From Neoechinorhynchus agilis (Eukaryota > Animalia > Acanthocephala): a stretch of 64,000 nucleotides of DNA. Of this stretch, positions 22,535 through 38,046 are shown piece by piece (position 1 is the stretch's first letter; the number at the start of each line of letters is the position of its first letter). Location of the stretch: contig CM121343.1 in assembly GCA_051530055.1 (NCBI GenBank), positions 1,768,389-1,832,388 of the forward strand, written 5' to 3'. The translations under genes and the position numbers were made by a program. The notes under the pieces are model-generated. The model saw only the letters and a program-made list of their open reading frames with translations. It did not search any database and was not told the DNA's origin.

Positions 22535-24644
22535 ATGGAAAAAATACATCTCTATCGTGACGCATTAGTCGCTGCTTCTAATCAGGCTACGTTTTTCACC
22601 AAAAATATGGATGCTGATTCAAAGAAAAATCAATTATCGAAGTTGGTTAATTCAGCGTTGCTCAAAATGGGCGATCAGTGGTGGCAGCGCACAAATTCAA
22701 CTCGAGGTATGCTTTTCCGACAGGGAATTCAAAACGATTCAACGTACTGCTATGCTAACTCGGCTTTCCAATCATTATTGGCATGTGATTCATTTTCGAG
22801 ATTGATGAGCGATCTACAACGCAATTGCCCTGCGTTACTAATATGCGATGGAAATGAAACCGATTTTCCTGCTGTCCAACTCTTTGCTACTTTGGCTAAT
22901 ATGGCGGTAAATAACGAGACGGTGGACGATCGATATCCCTTAAATCTTCGATTTCTTCAAACCGTTGCAAAAAGCCTTATATCCCAACGAAGTAGGTCAA
23001 CTGATGGCCAGGAAGATGTTCATGAGCTTCTCACTGTGATATTGGCTTCACTTGATTCTGAAATTGAAACTTGCATCAACGCTATCCCCAAATCGAAGTA
23101 TCTGAATGAACCAGACATAGACGAAGATGGTTTTATACTTGTTGAACCGAGAAAACGTACTATCGCACTTATGTAGTTGCATGTAACCTCGTCAGTTGGC
23201 TGCAAGTCATCAATCGGCTCGATAGGTTTTATCCCATTGATAGGAATTTTCCTCCTGGAACCCAAAGTCTTTAGCTCTGCTTTCATTGCCATATTGAAAA
23301 TGTATGAAAACCTTCAACGTTTTCATTGATCCTTATTCCAGTTTGCCAGTGAAACTTAAAATAGAACACAGCGCTCACCCTGAGTCGATAAACTGGCTGA
23401 GTTTGACATTTCGTAGTTGTGTCGAGGTGGTCAAGTGGACTAATGCCCGTGATCCCGATTAGGGGTCAAGTGGTTCGAATCCGTTACCACCAATGACGCA
23501 CAGCCAAAGGGGACGAAATACCGCAGAAGGGAGGAAACTCACTGATGAGTCCCGCCTCCTGGAGGTATCTGAGGATCCGGAGGAATGTACAAACTCTTAA
23601 CCGTGCATTAGTGACTATGTGGTTATATCACTTCTCTGATGTAATTGGTTTGGCTTTATGCCTAAAAAATAAGCCGGACAAGAAAGGGATAGACTAAAAT
23701 TTAATGATGATAACAATACCGGCTTGCCAGTAAAACTTAAAATAAAAATTATCCAATATTTATCCAAAGAAACACCATCCCCTATTCCCCATTTCCGCTT
23801 CCAACTCTAATGGAGATATGTAGTAGCTTTATTAAGTCCGATTTCGAGAAAAAATCCGAAAACGGCCTTACTAAAAACATCGGCGACAAAAACCAAGTTG
23901 TATTGTTGTTGTTTTTGTAAAATTTAACGTACTTTGCTTCGCAACTACAAAGGTTCAGATAAATCAATTGCTGCCGATACATTTCCGAACCCTATTCGTA
24001 AGATCTTCCAAGGAAAAATTAAATATGATATTTACAATTCGGATACCGATGAGTTGGTTTCATCAAATACGGACACGTTCTATACGTTATCCGTGAGTCC
24101 GAATGAGGAAACGTTGGTGGATTCTCTTTTGAAATACTGTCGAAAGACACGAATCGATGGTCTTGATTTTCCTTCTTATCAGACTGCTGAATTTACTCAC
24201 TTGCCTGAGTGTCTTATATTACATCTAAAGTGTTTCAAATTCGAGAGTCACAAAAATGGTAACACACGCGTCAAGAAACTATTTAATCGTATAAAGTTTC
24301 CTTTAAATCTACGAATTCCAAACAAATGTCTCTACAAACTAACACCTTCAGTGGTTTCCTATCGTCTGTTCGCTGTGATACACCATACTGGAACGGATAC
24401 CAATCACGGACATTTTTATGTTAACGCCTATGCCAAGGATGTACGTGAATGGCTTCGTTTTGACGATGGTAAAGTTACTACGGAAATGGTTAGAGACGTC
24501 CACGTGCCTAAAGTTGGCAGGACTGTACCGTTCATTCTTTTCTATGAAGCAGTCGAACAAAATCGTTCAACATCATTCAGTGTTGCCGCTTCTGCTGCTG
24601 CTACGGTACGAAATGGACGCGACAGCGGAAGGCGACAACGTTGA
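22535..24644 (+). CDS. USP10: Ubiquitin-specific protease, USP10-like; exons ~22535-23156 and 23959-24644
   Basis: Cys box GIQNDSTYCYANSAFQSL, QEDVHELL, LPECLILHLKCF, His box YRLFAVIHHTG...HGHF and WLRFDD. A phase-1 GT-AG intron at 23157-23958 joins EPRK-H-KSIAADTFPNPI. Confidence 0.85.
23421..23750 (+). mobile_element. tRNA-derived SINE, the most intact copy, inside the USP10 intron
   Basis: Pol III A box tggtcaagtgg (23428-23438) and B box ggttcgaatcc (23472-23482), with poor acceptor-stem pairing. The body is shared with 615-700, 29790-29985, 30170-30215 and 34850-34990. The tail ccggcttgccagtaaaacttaaaa is shared with 36668-36760 and 30035-30075. Confidence 0.8.
23509..23578 (+). ncRNA. 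Putative permuted hammerhead ribozyme in the SINE body
   Basis: GGGAC-GAAA-UACC (23510-23522), CUCA-CUGAUGA-GUCCC (23538-23553) and GGUA-UC-UGAG (23564-23573). All three stems can pair, but the strand order is non-canonical. Confidence 0.45.
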
Positions 24645-25215
24645 TGCACCAAGGATTTGACTATGGTGATCAGTATATTGTAAAATGTACCTGTTGTTTA
24701 GCAGCACCTTTGTCCGATTTTTATTCATTTTTGATACGAATACAATTATCCGTCTATTTTCACTCTATCTGGACTAAACTTTGTCATTGAAGGTAAAAAA
24801 ATTAAGTAATCGCGTCAAATGGTGATCGGATAATGAGAAAACCGGCGCATTGCCGTTTCATTTAATAATTTTTTAAATCTGTTTAAAATGCAGCAAGTGG
24901 AATCAATTTTTAGCCACTGATTTGAGACCACTAGAATTCCTGGGACCTCCTAATTGTCATCGCGTATTTTCAGCAGGTACTCAAATTACCGGAAACTTCG
25001 TAGTTACCTGTACTTAAATCGAAATGCCAAAAGACGTCCGTAGTTACGTTCCTTTAAAATACCAACTATCCGTGTTTCTTGGGGAAATAAGTAGGATGAG
25101 AGTGTCGTAAGTCCAACGTGATGTTTTAAGTCCTCCTTTTACCGTTATATTTCCCGATTAACTTTCAATACTTTATATCCATTTTTCTCTCCAAAGAAGC
25201 TAACAATTTATGTTT

Positions 25216-25400
25216 GTTATTTAGGTCGCTTGTCGACACCCGAGGGAGATCGTTAAAGACGAATATATTTCGACTGATTGAATCGAAATCATTTGATCAA
25301 TTCAATTGTTCTTGCATGTTAGATTAAATTGGTTTAAGATGCAAGTAGAATCAATTATTATCCATTCATTTGAGACCATTATGAATCCTGGGACCTTCTG
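25216..25400 (+). repeat. Dispersed element starting with the recurrent terminal motif
   Basis: tttaggtcgcttgtcgacacccgaggg...atatttcgactgattgaatc...attcaattgttcttgcatgttt is colinear with the reverse complement of 7981-8030 and 790-835. 25335-25400 repeats 24885-24950. Confidence 0.65.
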
Positions 25401-27017
25401 TTCAATGGGTATTAATCGGTGAAATGCTGTGGCAAACCCGTGCCAAATAAACACTTTATTGAGATTCGCCTATTATTGAACCTCTCGGGATTGCAGCTTA
25501 GATTCTGAGTAACTTTGATTTATTATTGCTCAAATCGATTGGATTTACATGGTCAATTTCTTTACTACTTTTAGAGCCGCTTCTCCGACTAATTTTTCCA
25601 GGTATTTGGGCTGGAAAGTAGCGATTCTTGACTCTCAATAAACCTCTTAAAATGTTCTTTTGTATTATTCATGTTTTTATTTTGTTTATTATTGTAAATC
25701 TTTAAAGTGTACTTCCCTATTATTATCGCCATCCGAAATCATCGGAAAATAAATGACGTTACATTTTCCCCTGTCGTAAAAGAGAATCTAAGTCAAAAAC
25801 TCTGCACTCTGACAAAATAGTCTTGAATTGGATTCACCTTACAGTTTATGTGCCACAATGAATCATGGATAAAAATGTATTTTGGCTTCGGCGTAAGAAA
25901 TGTCTTTTTGGTTGGAATGTTAACTCCATCGCGGTATTCGAGTGTTTAATTTCACTTGAATACACCTCACTTTTCTTGCCAGCGAACGATTTAAAGTGAA
26001 CTTTACCAATCGTTTGTTCACGGATAGTTATAGAGATGCGTATTTGTAAGGTCTCGTTAGTCCTCATATTGGAACGCCGTTAGAGAGTTTTATCCACAAA
26101 TATTGAGCCTATTTGTTTGCCCATTGGATCCAATACTGTGTTTATCTTCGCCGAATATACGTGGTTGCAATTTTCCAAATAAGATCGCTAACTATTTGTA
26201 CCAAGTACTTAAAGTTTAGAAAAATCGATTGAAATTCGTCTAACAAAAATTCTACTACGTCCGTTCCACAATAGTTGTCACATTTGATCAAATTTTACTT
26301 CACTTGCGTTAGACCTATTTTCAAAAGCAAGAGCTTGTTGAAATGTGTTACTCAAAGCTTTTTTAACGAACTTGGGAACTTAAAAAATAGGTGGGAAAAA
26401 ATTGTGAGTTAGAAATAAGTTCAACATTTATTCAATATTTAAAAACTTTTTGTATTCTCCACGATTTCAGCATTGCATTTTAAATTAATGGAGAGTCGAC
26501 TTTCAACAGATTACACTCAGTGTTCCTTCTCAGAATGCGTTAATTTCATTTTGCACCTTTAGAAAATAATTAATACAATTCAAGTTTGGCAAATCATAAA
26601 AAACTACTAACGTAACGTTTTCCACCAACTATTATGGAACAGAGGCAGCTATGGAATCGGTAAATTCTTTGAGCCTTCTTGTTTTCGATATTTAGTGATA
26701 AAGCGGACGTACGACAGGTTTGATTCTTAAATAGTTTAGATATTCCTTGCGACATACAGAATTTAAGCATCTCGTAAAAGAGCTTCCACAAAGAATCTTC
26801 TTGAAAATGCAGGTTATGCCGTAGGAAACAAATGAGTGCCTTCGCAACATTTTGACCTAAAGAAAATAAATGTTATGAACGAGTTGAGAAAACCTTTTGC
26901 GGAAATTATTCTGTGGTGATTGATTCGTCGTGGTCCTATAGAAAGAAATTGGCAAGGGTGATTGTATTATGCCTAATAAATACAGCGCTATTGGCCCGTC
27001 CATATTTACATAAAAGT

Positions 27018-29425
<2,408 letters not shown>

Positions 29426-29689
29426 TCAATCACTTAAAACCAATCCGACACTCGCGAGTGTGATCGCGGCTGCATCTAGAGATTCTTCCACGTATTAGTC
29501 GAGGTTATTCTCCAATGACGCATTTTTACGGCTAGGATCCATCAACTCGCTATTTCACGGATACTCTTAAATACATTAGCCCATTACGATGCTTGTGGGG
29601 ATGAAGTTTAGTTTCGCCAAGATACATAAGCGGATGTTTTATTTTTCTAAGTTTTGCCACCCCCATGAATTTAAATTCACTAATTTACT

Positions 29690-30215
29690 TTCCTTCCTCG
29701 ACTTTTTTAGTTTTCCATCTTGCCATGAAGTCACACCGATCTCTTACCTCACAGAAGTGATTGAATCACTTAGACTCTGATGCATGCGGTAAAGAGTTTG
29801 TAAATCCCCGTCTGGATTGTCAGATGCCTCCAGGAAACGGGGCTTCCTTCTTCAGCAATATTTCGTCCACTTTGTTTATGCGTCATTGGCGATCGTTGAT
29901 ATTGAACCCTTTGACCTTGAAACATGGATTCAGGGCTCAAGTTCACTTGACGTTTTCAGCACAAATACGGAATGTACAAACTCGGTCGGTATTGTAGCTC
30001 GGGATGATTGTTGACTTCATAAATGTTTTTACTGGCAAACCTGTTCTATTGATTCCGATTTGGGACATTCCTTCCTCGACTTTTTTAGTTTTCCATCTTG
30101 CCATGAAGTCACACCGATCTCTTACATCACAGAAGTGATTGAATCACTTAGACTCTGATGCATGCGGTAAAGAGTTTGTAAATCCCCGTCTGGATTGTCA
30201 GATGCCTCCCGAGGA
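29690..30215 (-). mobile_element. Two adjacent SINE copies: one with a decayed tRNA head (29690-29985) and one 5'-truncated (30035-30215)
   Basis: About 140 bp (29690-29830 vs 30070-30208) is near-identical. The reverse complement reads gtcaagtgaact...ggttcaatatc...atgacgcataaacaaagtggacgaaatattg, homologous to 23421-23525. Confidence 0.7.
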
Positions 30216-30564
30216 GGGGGGAAACTAAATAAAGCCGAGTATACGATGCCGTAAATCTGAATCAACAGAACCGGCTTGCATGTAAAGCATATAAAAGGAT
30301 GTGTTTAAGTGTGGTTTTTTTTCACCGCTGGTAATTGTACTCCTTGGACACACAGCTCACGGGTCTGGGTCAGGGAAACGTTCAAAGGGATGTGGAAACT
30401 CATTACCGTATGGTTCAGGGTTTTAGGTGTGATTTTATGCCCTTCCCTGACCCAGATCGATGAGCTGTTATCCCAAGCAGAAAAATTATCACCCTTAAAA
30501 AAGAACGCACTTAAACACAGAATAAAAGTTACTGGCTTGTCAAACTTTAAAAAATAAGCGGATT

Positions 30565-30625
30565 TGTTCTTCATAGTGCTGAAGATATTTGCTTTCGACA
30601 CGCTGCCGCATTTATGCAGCAGATT
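30565..30625 (+). pseudogene. Internally deleted fragment of the TFIIB-like gene
   Basis: cttcatagtgctgaagatatttgctttcga is identical to 9435-9464 and is followed by catttatgcagcag, matching ~9506-9519. Confidence 0.7.
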
Positions 30626-31221
30626 CAGTGGTAAGGGTAAATGCTAAAGACATTACTAATCCATTTAGTTTCAAGTTTTAATGAAATCCAATTTAAGGGT
30701 AACTGGGTTCGTTCCTAATAGAGTAGCGTCGTGAGTATTAGTAATTCTAAAAAGCGGCAGTTCACGAATGCACTCGAGTGACATATTTTGAAGGAAACAT
30801 CTTTCCATGAGGTTTAAATGTTAAAAAGGAAAGTTGCAATACATTTTGGAAAAATAATCAAATGAATAACAAAATATGATTCGATAAAAGAGTTTGTGCT
30901 ATCTACAACGATAATAATTTTCGTTTGAATGAAGATGCTCGCTGAAGTTTAGCAAAGTTTCTAGCCAAAACAACGAAAATAATGAATTAAAAAAAATCAA
31001 ATTTTTATTTAGTTTATCCGCAAAAAGTATTTGAAAGGTATGCGAGAGAGTAATACCGTCACGAAAGTTCATATTTTCCAGATTCGATTGTCAATCTTTA
31101 GTTTTAAATTCGGGATGGACACTCAAACGTTCGATTCTCAGGTAAATATGCGATTATTTTTCAGGAAAAGTAAGCATAGTCTCATTTTAGAGCATACAAG
31201 AAGACTAAAAACAGTCAAATT

Positions 31222-33750
31222 TAATCGCCTAATAGATTACGCCTCGCTACATCAGCAATCAAGTCTTCTACTTTATCTACTAGTCCAACTTTTAACATAT
31301 ATTGATATTTGCTGTCAAACATTGAATATCCTTGAAAGTTTCCTTTTGTTCGCGTAATCGTATTACGGCGATTCATTGGCGGGAATTTAGGGGCCTCCTT
31401 TTCAACTTCACAATTAACTTTCTTGGTTGATTTTTTTTCAAAACTACTGCTGATGGGCTCAAAAAAATTGTTATAAAACGCGACCTGTTCGTCGTCAAGA
31501 GGATAAATCCTTCTATAATCACCAGTATGATTGTTTTCCCATTCCAGCTGAGATTTGTAGATGCTTTCTATTTTACCCGCAAATTCCGAATCGTTTCTAT
31601 ATTATGGTTTTTTTAGTTTAGTAATAATTATATTAATTGAACATTCTTGCCTCAGCAATGCATATTTTTGACCAGTGGTCAGTAGTCGCGTTTTGTTGCG
31701 CCATTGTGTTTCCAGACGGCTCAGTTTGTACTTATTTGTCCGAGCATTTAAAAGAACTAAAGTATCTGAAATGAGGCCGTCTTTGATTGCAATATCCAAA
31801 GGTGAGTCCGTTGCAAAACTGGGCGATTGATTGACCTAAATGTAAAACGAGGTGTTTTCCTTAGACGTACATTCTCGCAAAATAATCATCAAGAGAAAAA
31901 CCCTCGGGGTGATAGAGTTGGAGTTGTGGTGGTCGTAATCCCTTCCCGGATAAAACAAGGACTGATCAGGCGATGTTTCCTCGCGAGATATTCAATAAAA
32001 TATTTTTCCCAAGAGATTATAGAGATGATATAACCGTTTTTATATTCCGCTGCTTAAAATGGATTTCAAGGTAAGTTCGAAAATAAATTTCCTGATTTAA
32101 TTATAGGCATTTTCGCGAATAATGCAAAAAATGTTCGTATTTAATTTTGGGAAATTCGGTACAAAGGTACTAACCTCGAGCAACAGCGGCTTATTCTTCT
32201 CGTTTAATATGATATCAAATCCCAATAATTGAAAACAACCGCTGGATGCTTTAGTGTGAAGGGGAAATGATGCCTTATAGTCGTGGATGACTTTATCATA
32301 TGGTGCAATGATTGTCTTTATTATTATGTCGTCAATTTTTGAACTCAGATCCTTAATATCCACTCCTTCATCTTCGAGACTTTTCATCACGGACGTTAGT
32401 CGCCTACTCACAAAATTTTGTAGAAACAATTTAAAGTAAAAGCAAACCTTTTCGATCCATGTTCTGGATCATGAACGAAGTTATCACAATTCTTTTGAAT
32501 GGCATAGTTAGTCAAATGCATCAAGGTATCTTTCTGTAAAAACGAATGTAAAGACAGAAAATCAAGTTTAAGCGCACAATATTCACTGCCGTTGGTCTTT
32601 TATACTTAACAGTTGTTAACCGAACTAAACCTTCATTATAGATATATATTCGCAATGGATCGTAGCTTAATACGAGAACGTATATTCGCAGATCGAATTT
32701 GTATCCATCCAGAAGCTTTGGCTAATTGCAGGATGATGGTTTAACGAATGATAAAACGTTTTATTTTTTAAAGACTGTCCGATGTCACTTAAAAACCGAG
32801 CTGTATTCGGTGATTTATTTACTGACAATTCGACGACTATTCATATACCTGTAGCCAATAAAACTTAACTTATCGCTCAAAGAATTCTGATAGAAAAAAC
32901 CAAACATTTGCAGTCACAAGAAAAATGTTTCCTTCACTAAGATTTACGCAACTTTACAATAAAAGTTGCATTCAAACTTTGATAATATTCTCCCTAATGG
33001 CAAATACTTACCCTGCTTATATAGGATTGTACGATTCTTGGTTCACCACTTTCCAGAAAACGCAATGGAGTTCGTGTAACGACTATACCCTTTCCTTGAC
33101 AAGAGTCCACTGGCTTCACAATATACGTCTGACCTTTAAATTTGGACAAATGATCGTTCAGACTTCGAATGCTATAATATATGCTAAAGGTGGTGATAAA
33201 AACTTGTGATCTTACTCCAGTGAACTGCGCCAAGTCTTTGGGAAAAAGTCGTACTCAGTCGGAAACAATTTCGCGAGCCTGGAAAGATTCACAGCCAACC
33301 AGTCTTTTCGGCAAAGTTCTCTCAGAGTTGTAAAATGGTTAACTTTCTAAATACACACAAAAAGGTCAATGAACAACTTAATTTAAATCAGTAGAAAATT
33401 ATTCGCACTTTTAATAACGATTCTTTTAACAAGGAAACAATTTAGTATTCTTTATACCGAGCTTTACTGCTGGAATACTTTAAAAAATATTATATAACCG
33501 AAATTTCATCAATTTTATATTCAAAGAACAAATTTGAATACCTTCCAACATGAAAATCGACTAATACTTCTATTGACTTGAGGCCAGTCGGACCAATAAA
33601 TGTCACATTCGTTCTCGTTGTCCACAATTTTCATTCCAATTAATTTAGCTGCCCGTCTAACACTAGCGTACTGACATCGGTTGAGACAAATTCGAACATA
33701 ACTAAAGGTACGTTTTCTAATGAATAAGAATTTTGTTAAATAGCCCAAAT
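31222..33750 (-). CDS. Tubulin polyglutamylase TTLL6/TTLL13-like; multi-exon, 5' end uncertain (possibly to ~34180)
   Basis: [77 protein letters not shown] and [15 protein letters not shown]; stop at 31222-31224. Confidence 0.88.
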
Positions 33751-34487
33751 GATTTTAAGACAAATTCGAACACTCACATAGGTCATAGTTCGTCTTTTAA
33801 AAATTGGAATTTTGTTTAAGAACTTAAATGATTTTATTCCTATTTGTGGTAATTGCGCCAAAATGTTAAGAGAATATTTGTCCAAAATTCAAACGGTTAT
33901 AAGAGTCCAGCGCTTTTCTATAAGACCTCAGAGATTTGCTGTTAGGTAAACTGTAACTAAGATAATCGCAAATTAGATTGCTGATCAAGGTAAGCCCCCT
34001 GAGAAAAATTCCAAAAAAAGGGTAGCAACGCCTTTTAATGGAATTTTTGGTGAGATCGAAGGAAGGCGCCAAAAAATCAAAGGAAACTTTTTTGGAACAT
34101 GGGAGCTTGAAATAGGGAACATATAAATGCCCCACAGATTCCTTATGGGCATTATAACCACAGTTGGTACTAACTTCAACATATTTCAGCAGCTAGTGTT
34201 CAACCACAGAACTCACGTATTGGTGTAGAGTATTGTTAAAGTGAACGATGTTCCTATAGCAACCGAAAAAACGGCTAAATTTTTTAAAATACGAAAAAAA
34301 ATCAAGAAAAATTTAAATCTGCACGGGTTCATGCGCTAAGAATTAGAAATCAGATTCTGACGGGTAAACAAAACAGTTTGAAATAATCGAAATGCGAAAT
34401 AATATGGCTCTTCGTGAGAAACACTGGATGACATTTTCTTTTGATGAATTTCCACAAATATCGAAATACTGTTAAAAGGTATCGTGT

Positions 34488-34680
34488 TCTTTAGTGATTA
34501 TAAAAATAGAGAATGTTTTATTGATCTCAATATTTGATCCGTCTCGTCGGACTTCTTTATGTTGTTTGTAAGTTTTACACAAAATGCGAACAACCACGGA
34601 CGAAATATTGAGAACAATAAAACAGTCTCTATTTTTATAATAACAAAAAAAACACAAAAATGAACAACTTCTTTACAAAA
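34488..34680. repeat. Solitary palindromic element related to array 4
   Basis: ttataaaaatagagaatgttttattgatctcaatatt...cgtctcgtcggac, a spacer, then ggacgaaatattgagaacaataaaacagtctctatttttataa. These are the same arms as the array-4 inner palindrome. Confidence 0.8.
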
Positions 34681-34849
34681 GGATATTGACAGTGTTTAGA
34701 AGTACCTACGTTTGTGAAACTGGATTTTCTAAAAAATGAATAACATCAAGTCGAAAAAGGGAAACAATTTGACGGGTGGACTTTAAAAAATTTATTAAGG
34801 CTGTACGTCATTGAGTACAAATCGCAATTTCGAAAATTGCAGATATATT

Positions 34850-35110
34850 TTATGGTTTCAATATCCGTTAGCAGAGATGACACAAACAAAAGAGGCGAAA
34901 TATCGCTGAAGGCAGGAGGAAACTCACTGATGATTCCTGCCTCTTCGGGAGGTATCAGAGGATCCGGAGGGATGTACAAACTCTTCATCGTATAGTCATG
35001 AGTATTTAACACAGAACAGAACTTCCTTGAACCATATCCGTGGTGCCCAAGGAAAAGTATCACTCGCGGAAAGTCCTCACTTCAACACAGAATAAATGTA
35101 ACCGGCTTTA
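34850..35110 (+). mobile_element. Degenerate SINE copy
   Basis: ggtttcaatatccgtta...gaggcgaaatatcgctgaaggcaggaggaaactcactgatgattcc...ggaggtatcagaggatccggagggatgtacaaactc is homologous to 23472-23596. Confidence 0.7.
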
Positions 35111-36667
35111 TGGCTAAATTTTTATATAGAGAAGCGATTTTGAATAAATTTTACAGATATGATTTACTATCATTGTTAATTTGCCACTCGGAAATAAAGC
35201 ATTTACTAAGACTCCCAGAATTCCACGATGGTGCGCAATCGCTTTAAAAATTCGAGCTGGACAATCGTTTTTCATTTACGATACAACAAATTATCTTATG
35301 ATCAAAAATGGGAAAACGACTTGCGCTAGGAACCGGATAATTATATCGTTAATCGTCGTTTGGTTTACTGGAATGTGATCATTTAGACTTTATTCGGAAC
35401 TCGTGCATGCACATTTAAATCTCTCATCTTCTATCTTTATTGCATGGCAAAGTATTGAAGTTGGAATCTAGGGATGATCCCGATTCTCAATTGTTACCTC
35501 ACGACTTGCCGATATAAATCAATAATAATAAACCGATCGCTCAACTTATCACAATATTGGATGTTATTAAATTGTAGCTGTAAAATACTCTCAGATATCA
35601 AAATGTCGTAAATTGTTTGAAATTCGAGTATCCTTTCCCGACCGAAATTAATGGCCACACTTCGAGAATGAATGCGAATTAACCAGAAACCATTTTATCC
35701 GGACAACGACATTACCTGACATCCACGTTAGTTTCGATTAAATAATTAAGCATTGATCTTCATATTAATGCCTCGTTCACATCGACACTTTACACGCAGA
35801 AAACTAATACATCTCTCTATTGCCAATATTAAGAAAAAAGAATATCGCATTTATTGATGGTATTCTCTGTGAAGTGAAAACCATAGCTTATAAAACGTCA
35901 AACAGAATTTGGACTTTCGACACTCAACTGCCCTTATCGCTTATATTTATCAAGTCGTTTTGTTTGCCGTTGATTTAACAAATGAATTCTTGTTAACTCT
36001 GTGTGGGTGTCCAATAAAACTTCTTAACGACCAAACGTTACCAAGTACTTCAAAATGTCTTGGATGGCATAAGTTTTTGCTTGTTTGTTGCGATGGCCGT
36101 ACTTTATTCATCTCTATTTTCTAAGTGTTCAAAAATTAAGTTTGATGGATCAATCATATTATTGAAGCTCCCGCAAAGCCCAATCGTTTACACTTACGAA
36201 TGTCACTCTCTAAGCCGTTTTAAAAATGAAACCAACGCCACAATTATCTTCAAGTAAATAAGCAATTTGCTCAATGTTACAAGTAGCACAAGGTTGGAGG
36301 GCTCAATGATAAAAAGAATGTGCTTTCCTTGAAATGGGGAATGATGCGTTTGGTATTTGAACTTCTTAAGAGAACTTCCAAGAATCTATGGCACACAAAA
36401 TTTCTAATTGATTCCGCTTCCTAGATGTCGATATGTGAGGTACCGAGGTATATGATTAGAATTATTGTTTAGGTCCTAACCCGGTATCACGGAGTCTCGT
36501 TTTTTTAGAACTGAGGATGAACCTGACGAGGTTCGAAACGTCTTTTCCCATATCAAAATCCACACTTTATCATCGCCAAACTATCCACCGATGTTCGCTA
36601 GCCAAAAGTACTTTTAAGCTCCCTAAAGTAACATTGATTACAAATACGTTAAGCATTACAAAAAGGT

Positions 36668-36760
36668 ATTTATGCCTAAAAATAAGCCGGACAAGAAGGG
36701 ATAACCTAAAAATTTAATGATGATAAAAACGGCTTGCCAGTAAAAAGAAACTTAAAACAT
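36668..36760 (+). mobile_element. SINE 3' tail fragment
   Basis: ttatgcctaaaaataagccggacaagaagggata...aatttaatgatgata...cggcttgccagtaaaa matches 23655-23735. Confidence 0.75.
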
Positions 36761-38046
36761 TACAAAAAGGGGTGCAATATTGTTTGGTTTTTATCGTACT
36801 AAATGAACGGATTTCCTGTTTTAAAGAATAAGAATTTTAGCATTGAACTCAACGTCACTGAAAGCAGAAAAGTTAACAATTTTTGAATTTTGAGCAAATC
36901 TTTGTGTACAAAGTGAACGAAACATATTATATATCAAAGGAAATTATCTCAATTGTGGTCAATTCGCAATATGGCGACCACTTTCCTGTTAGGATCAAAG
37001 CGCATATCTACAAAAATTATGATTGGTTGCTTTATTAATCAGTATATGTGAAGAAGCTACATACCACGCCGCTCGTTGTAGTATCTGCTTTCAATTACAA
37101 TGGAGCAGGTCACTTTTTCATCTCGATAAGATCTATCTTGAGACTAGACAGAATCTGCCATATTGATATCATTCCATGAGCGCTTGCATAAGAATATATG
37201 AAGCCTGCATGTGAGCGTTGATCATATTTTGTTGAAACAAATCCACCTGAAACTGCACAAAAGTAAATTTAAGAGTCAAAATCCACAAAACTATCCAAAT
37301 AAATTGTAGGTACTCTAAATAACATTCTAATCCGATTAAAACTACTGTAAATTTCACAAGTTTTCTCTTGAAATTATGGTATCGAGGTACAATTTGAACT
37401 AATGTCAAAATCCATGATCACTCACATTTTCGACAAGGGGCCCGGGCATGGAAAATATTCGAACAACATAAGTGTACCACCGATAAGCAATTGCTGCTGC
37501 CTTAAGGAATGCGCCACGTAAAGATTAACTTTTCTTGCTTACTTGGAGGGGAGTCAGTCTATCTAGTAAATCTAGGCACTTTCACAGCGAAACAATTTGG
37601 GAACATTCTAACACACGAGTTATTGCACGAAGGACGAAGAAATTCGGTGATCAAGACCTTCACGCCGTAATCAAAAACTGATCTGCAATATTTTTGGAAT
37701 TTCACCAACATTGTTTTCGGACAGAGTTAAGCCAAGCATGCTTGTTTTTCTATAATTACATGATGTCGCTACTTAACTTTGTTTGCCTTGTTTATCTCCT
37801 GACAATTAACGGTTGGGTTTAGGAGCAATTTTCTTATTAGAGTTCAAAGACGTTTCATTCAGTATGACATTTTGCTGCTCGGTCTTGAAGGTTATTCTCT
37901 GACATTTCGACTATAAATGTGAACATAAAAGCGAGTTATTTTCTTGAATCCTTCAAGCCTACGTATTTGTAGAGTATTCGAAACCCACAACGTACTTCTC
38001 CTAATACTTTAGATCCAATCGCAAGGGCATTATCGCATCTCCTCAA

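Noticed and set aside
23421-23492. Bona fide tRNA gene
   Set aside because: A and B boxes are present, but the acceptor and anticodon stems pair poorly, and the sequence continues into a dispersed repeat body, so it is a SINE head.
23536-23560. Canonical type I, II or III hammerhead
   Set aside because: There is no GAAA downstream of CUGAUGA and no UH strand between GAAA and CUGAUGA. Only the non-canonical B-A-C arrangement fits.
26594-26860. Possible GNAT acetyltransferase exon (LSLNIENKKAQRIYRF) on the minus strand
   Set aside because: A single weak motif, and I could not assemble a coherent gene model. An unannotated gene at 25800-26900 remains possible.
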